Made by a program: the position numbers and the translations under genes. Positions 47,501 to 60,000 of a stretch of 64,000 bases of DNA are shown here, piece by piece (positions within the stretch are counted from its first letter, which is position 1; each line of letters begins with the position of its first letter). The notes under the pieces were generated by a model that saw nothing but the letters and a program-made list of their open reading frames with translations, made no database searches and was not told where the DNA came from. Location: IMG/VR virus record IMGVR_UViG_3300020377_000001, positions 1 through 64,000 of that record. One strand, written 5' to 3'. The DNA is from a virus.

Positions 47501-50500
47501 GCAGAACTGAAAAAGCTTGAAACAATTAAGGCAGCGATTCAGGGAGGGGATTTTACAGGTTTTTTCACAACATCATACTGGGCAAGCCTGGGCAAAGGGG
47601 TTCGAGAACTGGGTCGTGACATAATAAACCTTTCATTTATTCCAGAGCGATTAAGGCAGCTCGGACAGATAGGCGCAAGAGAAGCTGCGAAGACGAAGAC
47701 AAAAGATAAGCGTGATAAGGATAAAGAGCCTAAGGTCAGAAAGCCGCCTAAAGCAAATTTTGATTCTCTCCTTAACAGACTTCGCAAGCAAAGGATTCGC
47801 CTAGAGGACAAGCTCCAGAAGATGGCGATTAAGACGCTCAAGATTGCCAATCAGCGTTTTCAGGTTGAGTCAAAGATCAATGCAACAGTTAAGGATCGGT
47901 CAGACACCGGCGAATTCAACGCTGAAAACAAAAGGCTTCTACAGGAGGCTTTAAAGATTCGTCAAGATGCGGACATGAAGTCTCTAAACGATCGTCATAA
48001 AGCAGAGATGGACAACCTTAATCGTGAGATTGAAACAAGGAGAAAGGCGCACGAAGAGCAGAGGCGGAAGAATAGGGAAGACTTTGAGAAGGAGACCAAG
48101 AAGCGGTTCGGTCGTTCTGCCAAAAACAAGGTCATCAGGGGTGATATCGAAAATGAATTGAGGCTGATTGACGATGCGACAGAGTCTGAGATCAGTGAGG
48201 CGGCAAAGAAAAGAATCAAGGGTCGTATGAAGGAAACAGACCCAAAAAAGCAGGAAGAGGCGCTTCAAGTCCTGTTGGAAAAGCGCAGGTCTATGCTTGT
48301 TGATGAAGGCAAGCTTGGTGAGGAGATTGCTAAAGAGCGCAGGGCTCGAGAGGAAAAATTTCAGAGCGAAAGAAGGCTTAAAGAGTTACAGCATCATCAA
48401 CAGCAGGAGAAGTTGGAAAAAGACTTTTTTAAGAGGGGGCAAGATCACTTAAAGCGGCAGGAGTCTGAAAGAAAGGCGGCCAGGGATCGAGCGTTTGACG
48501 CTTTAAAGAGGAACCTTGAACTCTCGGGTGGAGATTTCCAAGTAGGCGCATTGAAGGCGCAGCAGGAGCTTCAAAGGGAGTCTAATCATCTTGCCGAGCA
48601 GCATAGGTCAATTCAGGACCGACTTAATCAGATATTAAAAAATCGGACAAGGATGGATGGTTTGCATAACGCAGACCTGAAAGAGCAGAACGAGCTTCTT
48701 AGACAGCAGGCTGAGATAAGGAGAAAGCAGGCCGAGACGAAGCGGGCGCAGGAGTTTGCCCAGAAGTTTGGGGCAGGGGCGGGTGGTCAGCAAGGGTCTG
48801 TTATGCGTCTAGCGAGGCGCGGACTCGAGTTTCTTGGCGTCCCATCCTTCGATACGAAAGATTCAGCGAAGATTTTCGATCAAGCTACGGCAATGTCTGA
48901 GGCTTTTAAGAACGAAATCGCTGCAGCGTCCAAGGATCCTGAAACGAAGAAGAGGCTCGAAGCAATGGGTCTTTCTGCAGACCCCAAGAAGCGGGCAGCG
49001 TTTGCCAGAAAGGAGGCGACCGGCTCGGCGATTGAAATGGGTCCTGGCATGGAAAAGGAGATGCGGGCGTTTGCTCTCGCCGAGAAGTTCACAGGTAGCG
49101 ACATTGCGAAAGCGGGACTGGATGTCGCCATCCCAGGCATGGGCGCCCAAATTGACAAGTTAAAGCAAGAGCTTTTCGACAATGAGCCTCACATGAAGAT
49201 GTTTGAGGCTGCTGCTGAGGCCTCAGCAGAGTTTGCCAAGGGTAACGTGGGCGGACTGTTCGAGATGGTAAACAAGTTTGCCCAGAAGTTCTCTGATGAG
49301 TTGGTGAATCAGGTCTCTGGTGTCGCAACCAAGCTTGGTAGCTTGATAGGTGATTCGTTTGGAAAGTTTGCCGGAGATGTTTTCGGTAAGACTGTGGGTC
49401 CACTTTTGAACGCATCCTTGTCGTTCTTTGCAGAACATGTTGCAGGCAACATAGCGAGTGCGCTCGGCTCCTCGATGTCTATCATGACGGGTGGTGTCGC
49501 GGACGCATTTGGCTCTGTGAGCTCAGAGGACCGTCTCCAGTCCGTACAGATGGAGGCCAGGGATGCTGCGAAGAGAAACCTTTCTGAGGGCAATGAGGAT
49601 GTCAGGAGCGCCGCAGGGAAGCGTGTGGCTGAATTAGATCGAGAGATTGCCTCAACTACAGACGCACAGAAAAAGCAAGACCTTATCAATCAGCGCAGAG
49701 AGGTTCTTGCCACCATGGAGGAGCAACTTCTCGAAAACAAAAGGCAGTTTGCAGATTCGGAGCGTCAAAGAGTAGAAGACGAGCGTGAAAACAACCCGAT
49801 GAATCAGCTAGACAATGCCTTTAGCAGATCTATTGAAATGGCAGACAAGTTGGTTTTCGATCTTCCAAACTTGGCGTCTGCGGCAATCGACGGACTGATT
49901 CAAAACTTGCCTGTCTTGTTGGATAAGATGGCCGAGGGTCTGATGAGGACGGTTGACGCTATCGCTGACAAGATTCCCACTCTGCTGACCACCTTCGTCA
50001 CATCAATCATAAACGTCATCCCCAAGCTTGCTTCAACATTAGGAAAGCTTATTCCAGCTTTGATCAAGGGGATCCTCAAGGCGCTAACAGAGATATTGAA
50101 AAACCTTGGTTCAATTATAGGACCCCTGGTGGAGATGGCTGTTACAGCCATAATCGATAGTCTAATAGAGCTCATAACTCAGTTGCCAGACATAGCGGTT
50201 GCTTTGGTTGAGGGCGTCATTACCGCTGTGGAGGTGCTTGCCGAGCAGGCGCCAAGGTTAATCTCTGCGCTTATTACAGCCTTGCCAATGTTGACGCTGG
50301 CTTTAATTTCAGCCATTCCAAGAATACTGGATGCGATAATTATGGGTCTTCCAGACATCTTTGTTGCCTTCGGCAGGGGCATGTTCAGGGCGGCCATAGA
50401 CTTTGGAAAGATGATCGGAAGGACGTTCACAAGGTTCGCAAGCTTTCAGAAGATTACCGACTCACCGGCTGGGCTTGGTGCGGGTCTCGGAGCCGCGATA

Positions 50501-51073
50501 GGGTTTGGTGCCTCTTTCATTCCTGGGATTGGGCTTGGTGCTACCGCTTTAAGTATCGGGGGCGCACTTTTAGGTGGAGGCATTGGCTCACTCTTTAAGC
50601 ATGATGGTGCTGTCGTTAAGAAAGGTCAAAGAAACCCTGCGATGGCATCACTTATGAGAGGTCTCGGTGCGGCACAGTATGCGGATGGTGGCATGGTGGA
50701 AATGATGAGTAGATCTCTTTCGTCAAACCCTCTTAGCGGGATGAAGCGTGCTGTCGATGATGTCCCAGCAGTTCTTCAGGCTGGCGAGGCTGTCTTAAAT
50801 CGTCAGGCGACAGCGGTCCTTGGGGAGGACACAATCAACATGCTTAACGCTGGAGGTGCGCTCCAGGCAGGAGACACGAGCGTGACCCTCAACATCGTCC
50901 CGAATGCTAATGGTGTTAAGAATGCTGCGGCAGCACTGCTTCCTATGTTAATCGGTGGTGTTAACGCAGAAGTTGACCGTCCAGGATCTAAGCTAAGGTC
51001 AGCTATTAACTCGTCATCTGGTCGTCCTATTGGTAGTATGGGCGTGCCCATGTCGAAGAGAATTAAAGTATAG
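44510..51073 (+). CDS. Tape measure protein (2187 aa)
   Basis: TP901-like core (DFEKRLGEI..), Ala/Gly helical repeats, C-terminal DGG..DDVPAVLQAGEAVLN. Confidence 0.92.
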   Translation: MASRTNNLTLVLGVADRNFSAGLKKAQTNLATFAAGFSRAFGKKKRGGVDGMASSILNLATAIERLNAAVAKSPLHGFSAKVRRTSVAMNGARKATRRLNRRLSRTRAAAAAAGKGADRAALSMGRLRKSTARTAEAIRSTAVNLKFMIATMVGGAAAIGVVKFGADFEKRLGEIDTLLDANTVSIQRYQEQLIKLSQSTPKTLMDLSGALYQIISAGIPAVEGAGGAFDILTQSQKLAVGSISETKQSADLLITTMAAFKHENLGSAEAADKLTAIYQKGRTTIPQLSKAFGRAAPIAAQFGVSLDELGGLLIGLTRAGLNTNEAVTGIRAMMSSLAKPTNKTRELLELLNIEFGENAIQTKGFSGVLEDLIAKTGGSVEVLSQLFPNIRALLPAVIAAGDGFGGFQANVDSVTDSIGASDQAVLKQQKRFFFAAELLKSNFQGVIQQIAEKTLPGLTIMLSRLGGFLSDNREEIVSFGVQAMKFFGMIGSAGGQALFKTLKTIIEFLSSGFGKAVALIAVVSKLGLVFFGMGKAAVLSLGKALHLFFPAVFTEAGALAAGAFNGAFESASNSRMGRFFGGAGPFIRGILGFLGPLAIGAMIAKALFDGFSAAADEEAAQAGEELARKLKEAVQKAVSEAAAEFRRLQGIDAKDVEKTQEKVDRGTLFVDEGEGIGKARTLQKDLDLMLRSAINKRRMDLIEAKKKELKVTVLTAKQAGEVENALQEENAQIRTRVVAEHAEKHMKIIEARAEKDEKLSKAVTENLNKDIERQNKLLQDAKSKQEKGFDAATTHVGRQVAKMFTGSREEMLGMARRFRTILAGETEAERAEAEKVINEFIEKISKLESDRAAKDQDVKNQAKFIAGMNAERRSGVDSVTGKPFTEESARRFDKGIERNIEFQKTQQEDLRVLETMLAKRRQEFAAEFPRLQGSFLKMANALAQQVMPDQIEKTTAQITESFGEQFTQIAKQISQDTDFGKIDLIDESTVNKVAEARAELKKLETIKAAIQGGDFTGFFTTSYWASLGKGVRELGRDIINLSFIPERLRQLGQIGAREAAKTKTKDKRDKDKEPKVRKPPKANFDSLLNRLRKQRIRLEDKLQKMAIKTLKIANQRFQVESKINATVKDRSDTGEFNAENKRLLQEALKIRQDADMKSLNDRHKAEMDNLNREIETRRKAHEEQRRKNREDFEKETKKRFGRSAKNKVIRGDIENELRLIDDATESEISEAAKKRIKGRMKETDPKKQEEALQVLLEKRRSMLVDEGKLGEEIAKERRAREEKFQSERRLKELQHHQQQEKLEKDFFKRGQDHLKRQESERKAARDRAFDALKRNLELSGGDFQVGALKAQQELQRESNHLAEQHRSIQDRLNQILKNRTRMDGLHNADLKEQNELLRQQAEIRRKQAETKRAQEFAQKFGAGAGGQQGSVMRLARRGLEFLGVPSFDTKDSAKIFDQATAMSEAFKNEIAAASKDPETKKRLEAMGLSADPKKRAAFARKEATGSAIEMGPGMEKEMRAFALAEKFTGSDIAKAGLDVAIPGMGAQIDKLKQELFDNEPHMKMFEAAAEASAEFAKGNVGGLFEMVNKFAQKFSDELVNQVSGVATKLGSLIGDSFGKFAGDVFGKTVGPLLNASLSFFAEHVAGNIASALGSSMSIMTGGVADAFGSVSSEDRLQSVQMEARDAAKRNLSEGNEDVRSAAGKRVAELDREIASTTDAQKKQDLINQRREVLATMEEQLLENKRQFADSERQRVEDERENNPMNQLDNAFSRSIEMADKLVFDLPNLASAAIDGLIQNLPVLLDKMAEGLMRTVDAIADKIPTLLTTFVTSIINVIPKLASTLGKLIPALIKGILKALTEILKNLGSIIGPLVEMAVTAIIDSLIELITQLPDIAVALVEGVITAVEVLAEQAPRLISALITALPMLTLALISAIPRILDAIIMGLPDIFVAFGRGMFRAAIDFGKMIGRTFTRFASFQKITDSPAGLGAGLGAAIGFGASFIPGIGLGATALSIGGALLGGGIGSLFKHDGAVVKKGQRNPAMASLMRGLGAAQYADGGMVEMMSRSLSSNPLSGMKRAVDDVPAVLQAGEAVLNRQATAVLGEDTINMLNAGGALQAGDTSVTLNIVPNANGVKNAAAALLPMLIGGVNAEVDRPGSKLRSAINSSSGRPIGSMGVPMSKRIKV

Positions 51074-51082
51074 GAGCAAGGC

Positions 51083-54000
51083 GTGAAATACAGCAGAAGA
51101 ATACTTATCATCCCAGACGCCGACATTACCCCTGATGTTGTCAAAAGCGCCAGTGTGGTTAGCGATGCAGGTGGTTCTAGTGTTTTAGCTGACGCTCAAA
51201 AGAAGAGGTCTGTGTCTCAGCCTATCAGGGGGGCAAGGTACCGTCATTACCAGAGAGAAAACATTATAGACAACGTCGCTGCAGGTAGAGCTCGATCTGT
51301 GACGATGGTCTTAAACAGGCTCGGCGACAGTGCGGGATCGTCTGACACAAAGCTGTTTAGGGATGATAGCATTCAGCAGTATGTGTCTAGACCAAGGGAG
51401 GCGCACCAGTTTGATCCATCTACCGCTTTTGGGGCAAGGGGTGAAGGTGAGCTCGTGCCAAGGACAAGCGGCGAGCCCTCTGCGGACTTCAAGGGAAACG
51501 CATTTATTACTTCGTCTGGAGGCGTCGGTGGCGCAAGGTTTTCTTGGAACACTGCGTCTGAGTCAAGGGGCGGACACAAGGTTCCCGGAGACACTCAGTT
51601 TCGCCAGTCCCCAAACGTGTTTGGCAAGTATGCGTCTGTCTTGCACACGACCGAGGGCTCTAGCAGTCCTGGCGGAGCCAACCTGACGTCAGACTCTTCA
51701 TTCAGCTCTGCAGATCCGAATTGCAGGTACCTTTGTCGGCCAAAGGCAGTGGAGCTCGAGAACGGGGAGATTCTGTGTTTTTATTTATCTACAAGCCTGC
51801 CGCCTCATCACTGGCAACTGTCCTCCAATAGAAGCTTGACAGAAAACACTGTGTCTACAAAAAGCCCCGCCCTCAAATGCAAGGCGTTTGTTCAAAGGAG
51901 AAACAGTGACGGTGTTTGGCAGCCGCCGATTGAATTAACTAACGACTCACAGTACCCAGGACTGTTACTTTCATCCCATGATGAATATTCCACAGAAGAG
52001 ATCGCTTTCATTGACGCGGTCATCGAGCCCGTTACTGGAGATGTTATTTGTTTCATCGGAAAAAACACTCCAGAAGTGCAGAGTGAAGACCTTTTTGTAA
52101 GGTCCGTTTATAACGGATCCCACAATTCGGACGCATCCATAAGCGTATCATCGTTTGGCAGCGCAAAGGTGGCACGGTCAAGGTCGATTGTGACTATCAC
52201 CTCAACGGACAACGGGATGTCTTGGCAGAAACGCTCTGAGTCATCCATGGAGTCAGATGGTGCTGGTGTCGGAACATCTGCTGTAACCTCTGGCGTACCT
52301 GGCATGCCGTCTTCAGACATTGGACTAATTCTGGGCGGCAGTTGCGAGATCATGGATAGTGGTCGAATAGTTTTGTCGCTTGTGACTGGCGAGGCAGTTT
52401 ACTTAGTTAGTACTGATGATCTGGGCTTCACTTTCAGATGCAGCCTGGCTCGAGAGATTGCTGTTGGAAGCGATGGTATGTCAGCAGAGGGCATATCGGC
52501 CAGACCACCTGAAGAGGGGCTGAAGGATGGAGACACCTACATAGTTGATAGTGTAGAGATGAAATCCATACACGGGATCTTTAACACAAACCCTGCCCCT
52601 CGCGGAGTCTTTCAAAACTTTAATATGACGTCTCCAGACGGCAGGCATTTCTACGCAGGCGACAACGTGTCGCCACTCGGATGGGATCTTGTCGTCGAGG
52701 AGATGAGGAATGAGCCTCCAACGCTCGAAGAGATTGAGGCAAACCCAGGCGCGATTGGCAAGCTTAGAAACGCAATATATTCTAAAGTATACGCAATCGG
52801 AGACAATCCAACCGGCGCATGGTCCGAGTTTGCTGGGTGCTTTACCATCTGTTGCTTTAATAATGCGGACACGACCAGTTTTGACAACGGAAGGGTTTCT
52901 TTTGGGTTCTGTGAGTACCTTGGCGTATCCCTGGGGACAACCTTTGGATCCGGTGGGAATGTAACAGTTAACAGGATCGCGAACGGAGGCTGGCACAGGG
53001 CTATACCAATAAGTGTGTCAAGCCCAAACGGTGACTCGGATACCGACTTTCCTGCAGCACAGGCCCAGCCATGGGACTGCACTGTCGATGCAGGGTTTAG
53101 TACTGATGGACTGCCATGGAGGTGGTTTATCGTCAGACCTGGGGGTGGTTTTGCGTTTAGGCGTGACGCTGCGGATACAAGTTTTGGTACTACTGCGATT
53201 GATGATAGAACCGGCTTTGCCACCCCGACACCGGGGAGGTACTTCTTCGTAAAAAACGGCAAATACGCTGGACGTAGAATTTTTATTGAGGGAGAAGCGG
53301 AGCGGGACGAGTCTCTCGAGGAGGTTAGGGAGGTCCCAACCCAGCTGACAGCGGGGGAGCGGTACCTTGTCGGACCATTTGGATCGGGGGACTTTGGTAA
53401 CAAGTTCGGCGCAATCGCACAATATGATGGCTCCTCTTGGTCTTACAGCATAAACAACACCAGATTCACTCCTGATGGTTATGGAATCGTTATTGTTGGA
53501 AACTCGCCTTTCGACACTGACGATTTTGCCACCAGGGAAAACCAGATTGCTTTGCTGGCCACCGGATTTACTCGTGATGCTACGATAGACGACCTTGGTG
53601 GGGTCCAACTCATGGAGACGTGTGTCGGTTCATGGTCTAGGTTTTCGGACCCCGTTGACGGTCAGGTTATTGTGGTTTCCAATGTGCAGGGGCAGCCGGA
53701 GCCAGCCATGGGCAGCACTAACTCATACAGAGACCCGTCTGAATCTAGGACAAGGGCCCAGGCTTCTGAGGTCGCCTCTACAATTCCAATGGTTTGCGTT
53801 GACGGTGTTTGGGTGGAGGATGATACGCTCGGAGAGTTTGCTGCAAGGGGCGGCGAAATAGCTGTATACGATGAGAGCGCGAGCAAGTTTGTTTTTGAAA
53901 AGCCTTTGGAGGGACAGTTTGTAAGAATTAAGGGAGAGGGTCTTTACAAGTACGACGCAGGCAGGAATGTTTGGAATTTGGTTGAAAATGAAGAGTCTGA

Positions 54001-57000
54001 CGTTGACTTGGCCTTGTCTAGGAGGACCAAGTGCCGTGAGACGATTGCAAACACGTCGATGACGAAGTCTGATAGCGGTCAAGTTTTCTTTGCAGTTTCT
54101 TTCACCGACTTCAATGATACGTCTCCAATAAACTCGATGACCAACATCTACATACAGGACGAACTGCTTGGAACAGACATATCTTCCAGAAACATAACTG
54201 GAGACGCGACGTTTGTGTATCCGTTCTATATGGAGGACCCAAGAGAGATCTCCGTAGAATATGCGTCTAGAAGACTTGAGGTGTTTGAGACCACAGACGG
54301 CGAGTCCTGTGTGCTTGTTGACGGGTGGGTTAACAGCGTAAACGTAGAAGACAGGATGGCCTATGCATCAAACAAGGCTGGGTATGATGGAGAGCTAAGG
54401 TATAACGTCAGGTATGGATCTGTGGTTGGTGTTGATGAAGAGCTCCCATACGGTCCATGTGTAATAGAGCCGTGTATTGTGATTCGTCCAGACGGGTTTC
54501 TTCAAATTTATGGGGCTTCACACAACTGGCTGCCTCCGCAATATGAGGGGTTGCAGAATGACACTAATTTGAACTCAGGATACATATCCTCTGTGTCTGG
54601 AACAAAGGGCGGGTCTGGCTTTGAGAGCATGCATGCTGCGGTTATTAACGGAATCGCTTCCGCCACAATAGACGTTTCGTCGTCCGTTGGAAGCATGCAT
54701 CCGTCAGTTAACTCTGTTACAGAAAAGAATGCGGTTGCTACCGACTTGGAATACAGGGATGACCAATTTGCAAGTGCGGCCATAGCAATAAGCGAGAACG
54801 GTCTCAAAGAGGATGACTCTGTATCTGGGTCAAACTCTGACTCTTTGACAAACAATCACCTTCGCATCAAGAGTCACATGAGGAGGTTTGACAGCAGAAG
54901 GGCAACCGCTGCCTTTATGTGTAGCCCAATATCGAGCGGGTTGGGCAAGGGGTTGATCTCTCCAGGCAAGATCACGATTCGGGGCGCCAACGCAATTTCA
55001 TACAGGCTCTCTTTCATGTGGGGGCTTTTCCCAGAGACTGTTTCGAGCTACAGGACTGCAAGCGTTACGCCGTCGCACTACGGAGCCGCAACAACATGTG
55101 TTGCCCACTCTAGAACAGAAAAGCTTTCTTCTGATGTTTTGGGTGGAATTGATTTCGTTGTCAGGGACAGGGTGACAAGCCCCCCTAACAAGATTTCTGT
55201 TGGTGACTTGTTTTTAGTAAAGCCAAACGCGACAGGCGTTTTTCTTGGCAAAGATAATAACATTGCGTGTTATGAGGTTAAGTCTGACGGGACTCTGGGG
55301 TGGACATTCAGAGACAGGTTTTCCTCAGACCAAAAGCTAATCATATCTGGCGCCCCGTTCGGGCTAAATAATCAACACGCTGTTTTCAAGTCTACAATCA
55401 CCTCCGCGAGCTCTGGTGCGAATATCTCAAGTTGGGTTCTGACGTCCACATACGCACTCTACGATCTGGAAGGGGGCGTATACAACAACGTGCAGATTCA
55501 GCATGATGGTTTTAGTCAGGAGGTTTATTGGTACGCGGATGGAGCGGGGAGGGCCACACAACTTCCAGCGTCTCAATTTGCTGGTTTCATAGGGGGGTAT
55601 AGCGGACTCGATGCGATATCGACCGGCAACGAGATGCTGGTCGTTAGCAGTAAGATCTATCAGCAGTCTTTGGGCAATGCGACCCCGATGAGAATACGAA
55701 TCCGCCCCCAGCTTGGAGAGACGATACCTTCTGCTTTTTGCTCTGTTCTTGTTTCGTCTTCAGTTGGCGGTGAGGAGGTTCTGGTTTACTTGAATGGCAA
55801 GTTCTTGTTTTCAGGCGTCACCAGGGCGGGTGTTTTTAACCCACACACCACAGGGATACATGTTGATGTCAACGACACCTCAAGCGTTTGCCCTGTTTCT
55901 CTGACTGGCATTGAGTCTGGTCTTGAGGTGTTTTTAAGGAGCGGTACATCGGGGGTAGTCCCATCTTCTGCGACCGGGGACTCCTTTGTGTCTGGAGAGG
56001 TTGAGGTTATTAAATACTTTGGTGGTGTGCGTAGGTTTTCACGTCCACTTTCTGGCTACGATCAGGTTGATGAGCTCGGCTCGCCCTTCCCTATGAGGAT
56101 GGCGGACAGTTCTTCTATTACCTCTAACAGGTCATTTTATTGGCATCCAATCCGAGAGAATCTTGGTCGTACTGATGCCGCTTCGAGTGTTGGCGGACAC
56201 TGCCACTGGGAAGAAACAGTCATGTCTGACGGTAAATACATAAACCATCCGTCAATAGAGCAAGCGTCACCAGACATATTGGACGCATACCAGAGGAGAT
56301 TTCGTCTGATCGGTGGAAGGTATTACGCCCTGAACTTTTTCGGAGACAGTTCACCAACGTCTGCAGGCTTTGACGTGATAAAGGGCAAGGATGGCAGCTC
56401 TCACTCTGGTGGCATATCGATTGTGGATGCTGGCAACCCCTTCGGAGACGATATGGTTGACCTCTTTCAGTCGAATGTGTCTCAGAGCAGACCTCAGTTG
56501 TCAGGAGGCTCAGACTTCACCATCAGCGACATAAAACAGAGCAACAGGTTTGCGATTGAGGCACCCTCTGGCGCAAACGAGACAGACGTTAAGACTTTCG
56601 ACACCTTCTCTGTGGGAGGCACAGTAAGAACAATCACAGTCGGACCCACTCACAATCAGGCGATTGTGCCTGGAACTATAAGCTCAATAGTAATTGTCGA
56701 GGTTACCTCGAGTAGTCCATATTTTGCGGGATATGCTTTAGACGGAACATCTTCAAGAGTTCAAATTACAGGAATACTGAAGAGCTCTGCTGTTAATGCA
56801 GGGGTGCTTGCATCCCAAATAAAGCGTCGGGACGCCTTGAGACTTACAGAGACAGGACCTCTTTTTGAAATTGCAGAGGCGTTTGCTTTTGGTGATAGTG
56901 TGTTCTCTTTAATTGTAGACAAGGCTTATGTCGCTCTATCACTTGGTGGAGTTACTAGTCAAGCCCTGGCTCCAAATGTTCTAAATCTTACTACTACGCC

Positions 57001-60000
57001 CAGCGATGTTGACCCAATACATGTTCTTCCAACAATGGAAGTTGATTATGGAAATACACCGTCCATTTCCCTTACAAACCATGACATCACAGTGCCGATT
57101 GAAAGCGCAGAGGTGGCGCCGACGTTTGGTTCGTATACGGCTTTAAGTGGATTTACGATTGACCCAAATGGTCGTACAAACCTAAATAGCTCAACAACTA
57201 CAGAAATACATTACTCAGCCGCGCCCGCATCGACAACACTGCCAAGCTTGGGCGTCATAAAGATAACCGGTACCAATGTGACTACTCAGGGTGGCAGCAC
57301 TGTCACCAAAACAAGGAGTGTTGCATACAGGCTTGCCGATAACCAGCAGGAGCTTTCGACCAGCGGTGGTGTTATTGAGCTTGTCGCAGACGACCCTTTT
57401 GTGCAAACCGAGTCTTCGGAACAGGTGCCGATGGATGATGGAAGCGTCAACCTTCTTCCAAACACTTTACTGTACTTTGATTCTAATAATGACGGAAGCT
57501 CTGACATAACCACGGTTGAGTTTGCTAGTCTTACACTCGAGGCGTCTGGAACATTGCTGAGCGCAGGTAGAATTGCGGTAGACGCATCCTCACTCACGGT
57601 TTCGTCTGCGATTGTTGGGTATTATATTGTGCCAAGACTGCCAAGCGGTACGTCTAGCAACAGGTTTTATAAGATAACAGCAATCAGTTCAAGCTTTACC
57701 AACTCAATTGTCGTGTCTCTAACGTCTACGAACGGAGACTTGCTTACCAGTGAGCAAAAGGGGTTCTCGTTTGACCTGTACAAAACCACTACGGTTAACG
57801 AGATCTCCAAGCTGTCCTCTGCAAATGGTGGCGCACTCCTGTTTACAAAGACAGGTTCGTATTCAACGGTATCCGTTGGTCTTAGGAAGAACGGAGACGG
57901 AGGACAGCACGGGACTAGGCTCCCATTCCCTAAGGGGTATGGGTGCTCGCCAGTACACAGCAATCTCGCAAAAACTCACCATGCTGATCCGTTTGCTGGA
58001 GGCTTTAGGGCAATCTTTGCACCATATCATGGTGTGGGCGACGTTTTCGACAGCTCGACCAGCGGTATAGATGACAAAATTTTCTTTAGTTTAATGCTTC
58101 AAGGCAGCGGATGGGATATCCCAAACTCTTGCGGCGTCATACTCAAAGCGATGGTTGATGAAACCACACCAAACAACAAGGTGATTCTGGAGTTGATTGA
58201 TGGTGTGCAGCTATTCGATCTAAGCGCACTTGAGGAACCCACCGTTTTGGGAAGGGTTGAGATAGACTTCTCGCCTGCATCGACAGACTCAGATACTCGT
58301 CCGCTAGACCTGAAGTTTGTCGAGGTCCTTGTTGGAATGGAGTCTGCCATCAACGTCTCTGACCCATCAGGACAGCCACAGGCATCGATAGTTCACGCCT
58401 TCGCGAGAGCCGTGTCTCCGTCAGGCGATTCGCACGGGTCTTTCCATACCATCTGTAACTATAAAAGGCTTCAGCACGGTCCGACGTTTTCGAGAAAACT
58501 AATCGCCGACAGACAGTCTCAAGACATCGATGCTGGCATGGAGCATTTCCTCTTTGGTGTTAGTCATCATGGGCTGAGCTCCCTTTCAACAGATACGTCT
58601 GTTACGACAAACCTCGGCATGGCAGTTAAGCAGGTCAGTGTACACAGGCCTGGAAGCAGGATATCTGGAAGCGGACTCACAGCAATAAACTGTGATTTAG
58701 ATCGAAGGGTCGAAACAATAACTGGGCCGATTTATGACAAGAGGGCATACGGAACACAGTTTACAGAAATCGACGGCATTCAGGTCACCACAGGATCTGA
58801 TCCGAATTTCTCTGTTGGCGACATCTTTACAAGGGGTGAGAACCTGAGCCTTCAGGCGTGCGGAATCAATCCAACCTCCTTAACAGAGGATGGCGATTCA
58901 TGTGTTGACCTTATGGGTCTTCCGTTTTTCGATGGCTCATTTGGAACTCGACTGTCCTTGGTCGATGCAGGGGTTGTGAACCCAAACAGAACGGGCAAGT
59001 GTTCTCCGTTTGATCAAGAGATTGCGAGCGGCATCAATATTAGTTGGTCAGGAAGCACGGCATCAAAGTCCTGTTACTCCATAGAGACATATTACCACTA
59101 TGCTTTTTCAAACTCATTCGAGCAAAACCTATCTAAGGTTTGGATGACTGGGACCCCGCCAGAAAACACAGACATGCAGGCAAAGTTTAAGTCTGGCAAG
59201 GAGTCTACCGGTAGGTCTTATAGGTCTAGGTCTCCCGTATACACCGTTCCATCGATTGAGGTGGTACTAGACTCTCAGGGGGACAGCGGAGACGCAGCCT
59301 CTGGGGATCTTGTTATGGATGTCGAGCATCAGATTAGATCGCGTAAGAATTTTGTTCCAGACGGGATAGCAGTGTTTGGGAGGAACTGGCCTAGTTGCAA
59401 GATAGAGTTTTGCGATTCCGAGGAGTTCAGCGATTCCTCGAGCTCGTACAGATGCTATAAAATTGGACAGCCTGGTGATTCGTGGGCATTGTCCCCGGCG
59501 TCCAACAGTTTATCCGACGACCCCGAAAGGTACACGCACCTCTGGGCTTGGACAAATAGAACAGATGAAAGACCCAGCCCAAACAGGTCGCCCGTCGCGG
59601 ACCCGTCTTCTGGGGCTCACGTCAAGTTTGGGGATCGTACATTTAGCTATATGGTGGATTCGTCCAGCTTTCTTGCGTCCGCGCCAAAGGCTGCTTGGCA
59701 CCCTCATCAGTTTCGCAGCGCAGGCACAAGCGGCAACTACTACCTTCAAGTTATAGGTAGAAGGCTGAGCACCGGCCCGAATGCTGGCACCTCAAACAGG
59801 TTTGTCTTTAAGATCATTGATAACACGGAGTACACTCTTATATTGGACTCAAACCCATTGAAGGTGTTTGACGAAAGCCCAAGCACGGATGCCACATCTG
59901 GGGTCTCGTCATCTATGCCGTGGCACACTGTGTCTATCTACTCAGATCGATTCGCGATGCAGCTTTACAACTGGAACAACTCCACGGCGGCCCAATCTGC